Of a stretch of 64,000 nt of DNA, positions 1 through 31,475 are shown piece after piece. A program made the position numbers and the translations under genes. Within the stretch, counting starts at the first letter, position 1. Each line of letters starts with the position of its first letter. The notes under the pieces are model-generated. The model did not search any database. It had not been told where the DNA came from and was given only the letters and a program-made list of their open reading frames with translations. This DNA comes from Catajapyx aquilonaris (taxonomy: Eukaryota): contig JYFJ02000264.1 of NCBI GenBank assembly GCA_000934665.2, positions 62,001-126,000 of the forward strand. Direction: 5' to 3'.

Positions 1-2739
1 ACATGGAATGTTATGGCGATGGCTCTATAGAGCAGCGGTGTTGTATCTGAAACCTCCCTCCATGTTCGTTACCCGCATCCACGCCATCTTCTGGCGGAAC
101 TCCTAACTCGGCAACAACCCCATCTATAGGCAATCAGAATATTTTGTTCAAATATACTGGACTAGAATTCCTTCAGGTTAAATGTGGCGTGAAACTTAGG
201 CTAAAAATGCACGAAACACGCAGGATTAATCAGGTAACGTCGAAAGTGAAGCATAGGTGAGGATCGTGTATGGGTGTTGTCGTCCTAAGAGCACTTAGCA
301 CCCCCTCCTAGGATGCCTCATAAAAATGCCAGGCACAAGTTGGATTGCGGCTACAGTGTTTCCCCTCCGAAAAATCTATGAGGCCAACAAAAACGAGGAC
401 GGGATGAGAGAAAAAGAGCACTTTTGTCCCAGATGTGAGTCAGACGACTCGACTGAATCAACAGGGACGTATGCATGAATGCAGCAATCTTGACCCCCCT
501 CCCTCATACCCTAAATCCCCTGCACTTCTCCCCGAAAAACCTCTCAACCACAGCCTTTAGCAATATGCTTCCGGGCGTCTTAATTCCATCAATTGGAAAA
601 CTGAATTTCCCGCGCGCCCTTTGATTGCATTAGGTGGGAATGGAGCTACGCATGGCTAAGTGTCACACCCTTAGGGGCGTTATAAGTGATGCTGTAGGAT
701 AGAAGGGGACATGAATTCCCTCATTCTGATTTGAAGGAAGTCCGAATCAGAAAAATTAGTGAGAAAATTTGGTGTATGGTTGCCATCAGGAGAATACTGT
801 AGTGTAGGATGTACTTGAGTGGTCAGCTAATGTGATTGTGACTCAGCTATTAACCTGAGTGGACCTGACCATATTTTTGGAGCCATAATGGTGACCCCCT
901 ACCAGTAACGAATTTTGCCTATGTATGTTACATCACAAATATTTTACACAATAGGAATGCTAAAAATCCTAGGGAATTTAATCACCGACTGTGACAGCAT
1001 ATCCTTTATATGGCTCTGTACATTAGGTATATTGAAAAAGCAAGTTCTTAATTGCAGTTTCTAGTAAGGAAGTTGCGTTAGAGATTTCGCATCTCATGGT
1101 GCTGCGTGTGCGTGGTGCAGGACAGTTGAGCAATGACCCCCATTGGCCTCAGCGTACGATAACGCACTAGTGAAAGAGAGCCTCAAGAGATTGAAAGGAC
1201 TTTTAAGAGCTTCTTATCGTTACCTTTCAGTTTCGCTGGCGAAAACGAATTAACTTCTGTGGAGTGTCAAGAAAAAAAGTGTGTTTAATGCCACTTCTTA
1301 CTAAGCGTCGTACGTCACTTTTATTTCAGACGCTTTCAGTGTAGGCAGGCATCAGCCTCAGATCTGGAAAGCCCGCGGAAAGAGTCCAAATCGGACACAA
1401 GTGTCTCTGGCTCTCAGTTGACTAGTGGGAATTTTTCAAGGGGGTAAAAATAAGGACCGGGGTCATGTAACGTGTTTTGCATCTAGCTGACGTATTGGTG
1501 TTGATATTTTGCACGTGCGTCACGTTTCAGAAATGTTCCGAGTCCACCATAAACAGGCTGTGTATCCTAAATACAGTTGTAATAAACTTACTGTTAAATT
1601 TCATGAACCTGCCTCTGCTCCCACAAAAAGTGGCCGTTTGGTACAACTTCCATTTAAAAAAACCACTAGTGGATACACCCTCCAGGACAAAATAGTTTTC
1701 CTTACCTAGTTCTCATTGGTATAGAACTCACATCAGTAGTTTAGGCGCAATGACGGGTCCAAAATAGATGATGTTTACAGGTCACGAGAAGCTTTCCTAA
1801 TTCGGCCACATGTTTAGTTCTGTACTCCATAGATTTGTTCCCCAATCTTAGACGTCAGACAAATTTATATAGTGTATACTGTACATTTATTTCCCAGATT
1901 TAAATGAGCGACCTGGTGCGCCTATTGATCAGAAAATTGTGAGCAAATTTATTAGCAAGAAAGCGAGACATAATCCTAACGTACAGTAAAACAGGGGTAC
2001 CTAACTTGCTGACCAGTGACCACCCTGGACCGGGGAGACCTATCGGCCACGCCTGCACCGAAAGTGTGGGCAGAAGTTGATTGATTGATTGACTTAAAAT
2101 ATTTAAAGCTGTAATATCCAGATGTAAATGTGTACCCCTGCCAGGTTTGGGCCACTACTTGTGGACTAGCCAACTTCTGCTCGGCTGCGGCAATTCACCT
2201 CGGTCAGCGGCGAATGATTACAATTTTTGCGCCCAGTTTTGTTGTGCGTCCCCAGAAATGTTAATGGATATATATACGAGTACGAGCCACGAGCAACATA
2301 CGTACGTAAATGGTGACAGACAATCACGATTGGGGGTTACCAAGTGATATTATTATTTTATGCAAGGCCTTTCGTAACTCTAGGCCGAAACTGAACCACG
2401 CGATTCTGTGGTGGGGTAAGAAAGTGAAGAATTAAGAATGTGGAGAGTGACTGTGTGAGGTGGAGGTCATCATACGTGAGAAAAAATGCACGTAGAAATT
2501 ATTGCAAATTTTAAGTTCTTCTTCTTATTAACCAATGTTATATGGCTTATAGATGTTATTATTCTAGATTTTTCATGAATTTTTATCGAGCACTACATAA
2601 CATTGTTTATTTTGTTGACGTGACATCTTTACCACATATTGTGGTTAACTTGTGCCCCATGCATCACTGACTACTGCTCATGGGGATGTCGTAATGTACA
2701 GTATAAATGTATAATACCAGATTTACTACCTATGTGTAT

Positions 2740-3085
2740 GTTTCTTTATGTTACCCCGTGATAGGGCCATAGGCCCTTATAGGGGAGTGGAATACCACCA
2801 TTTTTCCTGCAATTTTCTGCTTTTTCTTCTAACTCCGGTGCAAGGATGAAAGGACAGGGGGGTAAGGATAGGGATTTTTGGGGAGGGAACATAGGTGCAA
2901 GTGCAATGTCGGTAAGGGTGTCTTGTGCTGTTCCCCAGGAGGTTTTGGTTGCCAGACACCTCCTTGGTGCAGGTCAGAGACCCTCCTCACGCAGGTGAAA
3001 GGAAAGTTCCCCAGGCGGGGATCGAACCTGGGGCCTTTCACTCAGCAAGCCGAGACGTTACCATCTCGGCCATCTACACCTCCCC
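2740..3085 (-). mobile_element. tRNA-derived SINE, copy 1 (~340 bp)
   Basis: Minus strand starts GGGGAGGTGTAGATGGCCGAGATGGTAACGTCTCGGCTTGC with pol III A box (TGGCCGAGATGG) and B box (GGTTCGATCCC); colinear with the copy at 20039-20386 (shared blocks ATCCTTGCACCGGAGTT and TATCACGGGGTA); A-rich tail. Confidence 0.85.
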
Positions 3086-4220
3086 ACCTATGTGTATGTT
3101 AATAACAGAAATATTGAAACTAAAGAAATTCCTAGAAGGAAACATGGGGCCTTGGTTCACGCTGGCATGCGTGTCAAAATACTTCTGCGTTTCAACCTCA
3201 GCCAACAATTACCTACACTCTATCAAAATATCATAAAAGAATTTCGGGCCGCCTGAAAAATTTCTGGCCTTCCCCACCTCCAGATATTACCACCTCTTGC
3301 GCCCATTCAAGAAAAATCCTTGTGTCAGCACTTCCACTTCAACAATAGGGCAAAATACACTATTCATCGTCCATTGCATGCACCTTACAAAAGAGGAATT
3401 TTGAAACTCATCTCGCGATGGAACAAGCCATTCAAAGGAAGAGAGCATTCTATGATTAAAACGAACAGTTGAGAGAGATTTCTATACAGTTGGGGGTTCC
3501 AAAGTTGTGGAATTTCGACCTGGTAATACCATGAAACATATGGAACAACCCCTGGATCGAAGAACAACTTTCCAATCAAAGGACATTGGATCAGGTGCAG
3601 TCCAGTTACTAGTGCACAACTTGACGCAACCTGATTCTAGGGAGAGGCCATCGGAGAGTCCTTTGAAATTCCTGCAACAAGTCCATAGTTGTGGCCTGGT
3701 GATGTAACTGGAGTCGAGTGTGTCCAAAGCTAGAGAGAGGACCACCCATCCACTAGTTGGCCAGAAGCAACCACCGGCTCCCAAAAAGCTGCCAACATGT
3801 GCCTGCCACCTGTCACTCCCATGCCCAAACTCGCACCAGCTCTAATCAACTCATGACGTCTGTGAAATTCATGCCTCGAGTTTCTCACCTGCGCGGAATT
3901 TGGCCGGCATAAACGCCTGTATTTTGCAAGCATGCTGGCAAAATTAGAATATTTCCGTGACTCCGATGTCAAAATAAGAGGCAACTCCGAGAATATTAAT
4001 AATGAGAAATGGAAGAATTTCCCACCAAAATGCAGGCAACTCGACCTACACCTGCACACATTAGTTGCCCAAATGTTTTCAGTGATTATAACGAATGAGA
4101 ATGCCAAGTTCCGCTATTGTTGAGTTAATATTGTCCGAGGGCAGCATGTTGCTTGTCTCATTAGTTCCTTGTATATGCTATGTCGTGCATTGGGTCCGTA
4201 TTTGTAACTGTTATGCGAAT

Positions 4221-4266
4221 AATCATCACCATCATTATCATCACCATCATCTCCACCATTATCATC
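4221..4266. repeat. imperfect (CAT/CAC)n trinucleotide microsatellite
   Basis: AATCATCACCATCATTATCATCACCATCATCTCCACCATTATCATC. Confidence 0.8.
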
Positions 4267-6016
4267 TGGGCGATGCAGACCGACGCGACAATATTAGCAT
4301 TTGACTTATAATTGACAACTGACTTTGAAGTTTGAACGTGACTGCCGAATATTCCGTGCCTTGAAGTTAGAATACTGCCTAGTGTGGCAGTGAGCATTTG
4401 ATTCCCCTTGGCTGTCAAAGAAATCATATATACCCTGTGACGAATTAGCAGCGACAAGAACTCGGAAAGTGTCTTTTTTGGAGAGGGTCGGAGGAAATTG
4501 GTAGATGAGAAACACGTGGGGGGAGTCAGGAGGAGAGGAGAGGGGGGGGGAGGGCATGGGAGGTAGAGGGGGAAAGTCTGGTGCTGCAGTAGTATAGGTT
4601 GACCCGGGGATTTGTCTCTGCCACGAAGAACTGCTGGGCCTAATGAAGGGGAAGCTGGCGGCAGGCCTCTAGAAAATAATGGCCTCCCGACTCCTGCACA
4701 CAATTCCAGACTCCGGCTCCTCTTCCCCAAAAAATATCCTCTCCTGCTGGACTAACCTGCCACAAAAGGGACACCGTTTGTCACCTGAATGGCCCCCGTC
4801 TCCGCGCCCCAGGCAAGAATGTCCTCCATTTGGGAAGTACTACATGCTGCATACCAGATAAAGAACGACTGGTCTAGTGTAGACATGGAATAGAGTGCAG
4901 TGGTAAGCATCGTGGGAACAGCTCTCGGTGGTTGGGACCCTGATTGTGCAAACTCACCCCCTCTTGCCACTTATAAATGCGCTGCTCCACGTGCTCTTGT
5001 TTGTACTGCTGCCCGATGTGTGGGATCGGATATCCCCCATTGACACGCGCAGGCCAGCCCGCACCTAGAATATTCTCGGCTAGGCAAAATAGGACTTAGC
5101 CTGAGGACCACTGGGGATACCAAAAATATTATCCTTCGATTGCAATGCCTCTAGGAAGTAAACATTTTGATTGTCATGTATGAGGACTGCGTAACTGGTC
5201 GTGATATTGATTTGAATAGGAGTCACAGTAGTCATAATATTGCAAACCGATCTTTAATGAGCCACATATGTGGCTATCTAATTATTAGAGGTTGCTTAAG
5301 AATACACACAGGAGGCCGTCTAGGAAAGTGAATAGTATTTAAGTGAAACCTTGGGCTGTTGCATGATTGGGGCAGTTAGGTTTCAACTCAGAAAGATGAC
5401 GATGCCAATCTTGGGCGTTGGCAACTTGGCATAGTAACTTATAGTCGCAATTCATGACTAGAGGTCTGACTATGGTGTACAGTTAAAAGCTCTAAGAATA
5501 CTGAGAACCGCTATTTGAAACCCGAAAATTCAATAGCTTAGACTTGTTTGTGTTATATCCTGAGCGAACAAGGATAGTGGACACAGGGAGATGCTGTGAG
5601 TGATTCAAAGATCAAAATACTCCCTACACGTCATAGGACCTGGGAGGGGCCATCACGACGCGACGCGACGTTCGCGTCCGGTGGAAAGTTGGGTGTCAGG
5701 TCATACCAATTATTGTAAGGAGTATCCTGCGGAGTATGCAACCTGCCAGATTTTCCATACCGCGATGGGGGGAAGTGTGGCTTGCATAAACATGAAAGGT
5801 ATTTCTCTCTCATGGTGATGTCACCAAAACTTTAGCAGCGGCATATGTCGTAATGATGCGTCCCAGCAGTTAGTCCCAACTTGACCTACGATATTACTGG
5901 GATAGTGCTTCACCTGTATTCAAGCCCTCTCAGTCCTCCCTACTGAGCGATTGATCTACTGGAACGCATGTGGCACTAAACAACGCCAAATGTGAATTAT
6001 TATGCATTAAGGCCCC

Positions 6017-6134
6017 TAGTCTAGTGACCCAGGGTAAGCTATCCCGGGGGCAATCACCATGGCAGCATATGTAAGAGGATAGCAGTAAACAACCAGTTAC
6101 CCCAGGGGGCAAGCTACCCCGGGTCACCAGACTA
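6017..6134. mobile_element. short MITE-like inverted-repeat element
   Basis: TAGTCTAGTGACCCAGGGTAAGCT at the left end matches the reverse complement of AGCTACCCCGGGTCACCAGACTA at the right end; ~35-bp imperfect arms, TA at both ends, no coding capacity. Confidence 0.6.
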
Positions 6135-9100
6135 TATACCTAAATGGGATATGCGTCTATGGCGTAAGTTTTGAGTATCGGCTTGCCTACGACTAATTTT
6201 ATGACCCAGGAATATACTGTACTGCTGTGCGAAGCAATCGTGGCCATTATCGGCAGAAATAATTCACGTCCTGCCTTTTATCTGGAAGCCGGACATTCAC
6301 CTGGCAACATGCACGGACTCTGCCAAGGTTACTCATGACACATGGAAAAGCCCCTGATTGTCATAAAAGGGTATGGTACACGTGTGTGTGTGTGCGTACA
6401 CACACAAAAAAAAACACAAGAAAAAGGATCGATACGTGTACGACTTTAAGATTGTGGTTACGTGATATTGATTTCAGCTCAGGTCATAGCACTCGGAATA
6501 TGTCTGTCAGTGACCGTATGCTATACCAATCGCCTGATAGTAGTACGTTAGTCATTCTGTCCAGATACAGACTGGATACTTACTCTGGCGTTATACATCA
6601 GGAAACGCGATGACACACATTTTGTGTGTCACACTGGCCAGCAACATGATATTCTTTTTCCGGTGCATTTTTTTTTGTCACATTTACCTGGGAGGCACAC
6701 GTGGTGCCCAATTTAAGGGAGTTGGCACTGAATGGAGCAATTAACAATAGTCTGGCATTTTGAGCCTGCGCCTGTTATAAAGCTAAGGAACATTCCCTTC
6801 CATTTACGGGTAAGGGATTTTTTTGTTGGTAGAAGGGAGGCTGAAAAAATTGCTGCCACTCCCAAGAACTCAATATGAAAATCGTGGTCGTAAAATTAAG
6901 CCTACGTGTCTGAAAAACAGGGTCTTGATCCATCAGTCAAAAGGGAGGAGTCGATTATAGTAATAAAGTATACGCCATGTGCACTCCTGGATTATTGCCT
7001 CTACAAAGTAAATACAATGTGAACTATACAATTTCAGGTTCGAAATTTGTTTTTGAAGTCTGCGACCCTCTAGTATTGAATACAGACATCACAAGCAAGG
7101 TCACAAAAAAAACATACGGCAATTAGTGTTCCCTACATAAAAAAGTTAGGCCCAGATTTGTGAGGTAATGCATAAATATTAAACCGTGGACCATTAGCCG
7201 GCGCCTTAGTTTGGAAGCGACATGCGAAATTAATAAAGGGCGCTACGAAGCGAAATAATAAGCCTTTTGGACAACTTAGGGGGGTGAGTCATCCAAATCC
7301 GGAGCCAGCAGGGGGGCACTGTTGGAGGGCTTACCCTCCCTTACATTGTACAGTACATGGGGGCCGTCTGGAAAAGACATTCAGGTCGCTCTTTGTCGCC
7401 CGAACTCTAAACCTCGTGTGAGGTTCAGTACAAAAAAAAGCAAAAAAATCATCCAGAATTCAAGGATGATCAAAATGAATATACACTATCCGGGATCTAT
7501 CCGGATAAATATTATTTCTAGCTGCATAGGAAGATTACCTCCCTTTCCAAAAACATTGCCACTACTATCGATTTTTTTTTTCAACAACAAAAAAAAAAAT
7601 CCGGTTATATCATAGGACCTAGATCGATATATCCGGTAGGGATGTGAACGTGCTAAACCGTGATCGAGTGAAAGTTGCATTAAAAGAGCCAGGCCCCGGA
7701 AACATGTCCGGATGGGCCACATTTCCTGGAAAAAAAGAGCTCTGGGGGTCGGGGTTTGAAGTTGTGTTTCTTGGGTTCCAGGGAGGATTCCAGGAGGAAT
7801 CTTGTAAATGGGCCGCTTGGTGCTTTTGGACGGATGGTGTGAAAAATGAGTGGGGAAAAAAAAGGAGACTAGGCCTCCTTATGTTGGTCTCCAGACAGGA
7901 AAATGGGGGCTTGGGAAAAATGGGGGTCGTTGCCTAGGAACCGTTGCTAACCACCCAAAATCATACGGACCTGACATCAACCGTGGGGTGATTTTTTTTT
8001 TAAAAAGGAAGAAATTACGGTAACAAATCATGTTACGAAAATGTGATGAATGTGGGAGTGACGTAAATAAAAAGCAGCAGCACTTTCCATCCTGTAAAAG
8101 ACCGTGGTTTTAATCTTAGTGTTGGCACCTTAGTTTGTCTTGGTCACTATGGGGTTCCTCTTGAAGGATGAATTATATGTAGGGGAATACAGGCCCAGAA
8201 AGGGTCGGTTTTATTTTTTTTAATGCTTAAAATTATTAAATATAGCTTTTAAGCAAATTTTATTATTATTCCTATGACTCTGGTTTATGTGAACAAAATA
8301 CTAATGCACGGAACCCACTAAAATGCCTGTTAGTCTTCTCCAAATAAAACGGATTTCCATTTAAAACCGCCTTTATACATTTAGAAGAAACCTTATTATA
8401 CAAATGGAATCTGTTGCCAGCAGCAGTCATTGATTTCCATCGGAAACAGAATTAAACTCTAGGCCTGTAATTTGGTCGGATTTTCATTGGATTTCCGTAA
8501 TGTGGAATCTTTTTCAGAGAGCATACATTTTTTTTCTTCTGGTGTATTACTGTACAGCTTATTGCGTGTATAGCCTATAGTATACTCTAATGTAGATCCC
8601 AGAGACTCGACACGTTATTCAATTAGGAACCAAGCATTTCTACAGTATTATTCAGCTGTTTATACCCTGTAGGTTTGTGAGCCCTATGCACAATGCACCC
8701 CACCCACAGATAAAGCATATTCACATGCAGAATCTGATATGGAGCTTTAGAATGTAATAAGTGCATATATGAGATTTCCCAGATGACTAAACTTTCCGAT
8801 TTCAAATGAATGTGTCGGATACAAAAGCTTGGAAATCAATTTGGGAGATGTCAGGGTTGTCAGGTGATTGCAATGCATCTTAGTGGGAATTGATTAGGGC
8901 GAGTGTGCGCAGTTTGGGAGAGGCTGGATGAAATAGGATATTCAGTAGGGGGTGGGATGGAGATTTTAGGAGGGGTCATGGGGAGGGGTCACGGAGGGAA
9001 AAAGGGGGGTTGGATTTAGGGAGAATGGAGGGGGGGAGGGACGGAGGGGCCTGCCTGCTGCCTGAATTGAGGTCTGGAGAACGGTCCGGGAGCATGCCAC

Positions 9101-10336
9101 TTCTCCTGCGACAGGGCGACATGTGGGGTGACCAACTGGGAGGGCAAGGTTGCCATTTTTTGCACTAGGGTCAATGTTCGTGCCTTGTAAATAAATCGTG
9201 GTGGAGTTACGTGATATGTGGCAAAAAAAGGTGGTATGTGCAGGGCAGGATATGAATGACGCGAGTGCAGTTTAGGCTTGGAGAATGTATGGGGGCAGGG
9301 TATAGTTAGGGGGTTCGTAAGATTGCCAACTTTGTGCAACCAAATAGCATACACCATACAATAAGCTATTCTGTTGCAATACGGAGCAGTACAGAAAGAA
9401 TAATACAGTGTACAGGCCACGTTGGGTGACCTGCTTTTCATTTGCCTGTTATTATTGTAACTTTTGTGCAATGGCACTGGTGGACCAGAGAGGTTCTGAT
9501 AATAAATTGCACCTTGAAACATCCCTATGAAATTATACCAATTTCTGCTTTGAGAGGTGGCAGGCGCGTGAAGGTCAGTATATCTTCCAAAGGCAGAAAT
9601 GGAGATGCCCGATGTCTACAATCAGTGATGAAAACACATTATAATGTGACCTTTCTTTGAGTGAACACGAATATTGTAATATCCTAGATTTTTTATTTAC
9701 GTGTCTTATTTAAGGAAAATGTTAGTGTACTGTTTTAAATGTTACATTTCTGTACTAATTTTACTATTGATATATTATTATGCATTTATCTTATTTGATA
9801 ATACCGTAACAATAACATACTTCGACAAAAAAGTTATATATTTTATATAGCATTGTAGAACATCTAATGACGCAATGGGATTCTCAACGAGATTTTTTCG
9901 TAAACATTTAAAGCAAGTACATTTTAATTGCCGACCCTAAAATGCGCACTTGAACAATAATAACCACTTTAACATACGCCTGTCAAGGATAAGTAGTAAA
10001 AATATTGTGAAGTCAAGATTTTATTGCCAGATGCGGCATCATGCACCGTTGTATTATTTCCTACCGCTGCCGTAGTGTGTATAATTTTCCATGACATCGT
10101 GTGCCTTCCGCCAAGCAACGTACCATATGAATAGACCTGCTTTCATAATTTGTTGACTCTGAGTCAGGTACATGTTTGTGACTCATCTTATTTCCTTCAT
10201 ACACACCAGTGCAACACCTGTTTTGTCAACGACCCTAAAAGTGCACGCAACTGGTGCAGTAAAATACCCCGCATTTCAATTCTGCTATGTCACTGACAAT
10301 TTACGTCATTTACCTGCTTAATTATTTTATTAACAG

Positions 10337-30810
<20,474 letters not shown>

Positions 30811-31285
30811 ATAGGAAGTACAGCGTCGGCCGGGTCTAGTCGCATGTTTTGGCGAAGAAGCCTTTACTTCTTTACAATAAAAACTTTTACATTATGCGGT
30901 GAGGAATAAATACTGTAGATATTCCATCCAGGCAATGTGTCATTCACTTGGCTACTCTTGACGAGTTGTGTTTACCAGTGGTCAAAGGTGGAAGCATACC
31001 TACTGATTTGTGACACTGGCAAGCCAATGAGGCCATCCAAGCTTCAGGACGTTCTGCAGGACGATAATAGTGTACAAAAAGCTCTGCAAATGTCCACAAT
31101 ATTGAAAATAGCGCCAGTTCAATTTTGCCAGGTGGAATTAGTACAAGTATTGAACTTAACAACTTTAGTCATTACATAGACAATAATCAGAATTACAGTG
31201 GTAATGACAAATTTTAATAAGCGTACTAATTGTGGTGAGAGGTCTGATGTGTGCGTCTGGCAACCCCTGTGAAGATCGGAGTAGC

Positions 31286-31311
31286 AAAGATGGCGGATGC
31301 AAAGATGGCTG
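31286..31311 (+). promoter_or_regulatory. tandem YY1/Pho-type motifs in the GC-rich TRAPPC8 5' region
   Basis: AAAGATGGCGG (31286) and AAAGATGGCTG (31301) match the AANATGGC YY1 consensus, ~180 bp upstream of the ATG of a housekeeping gene. Confidence 0.5.
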
Positions 31312-31475
31312 CTTCCTAGCAGAGGAAAAAAGGGGCGTCCCCTCCGTGTCTGTCGGCTGGGCTGGCTGGCCACATCTTCGCTCCTTCCCTTCCCGTGCGA
31401 CCTGCAGCAGCCTGCAGGTAGCCTCCCTCGGCCTGCCTTCCCTCGGCCCGCCCCTGGGCCTCCTGAGCTGCGGAG

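Noticed and set aside
2176..2222. HDV-like ribozyme suggested by TTCACCTCG...GGCGAATG
   Set aside because: Could not build the P1/P2/P3 nested double pseudoknot; segment too short
3387..3790. YKRGILKLISRWNK resembles a mariner transposase C-terminus; adjacent short ORFs
   Set aside because: Only ~14 residues, no DD34D region or TIR found; not supportable
4095..4304. His-rich ORF (HHHHYHHHHLHHYH)
   Set aside because: Explained by the (CAT)n microsatellite; no splice or homology support
1..10336. Search for the kinase first exon (GxGxxG loop)
   Set aside because: Phase-0 donors near 233 and 9573 precede frames with no glycine-rich loop; the exon probably lies upstream of the window
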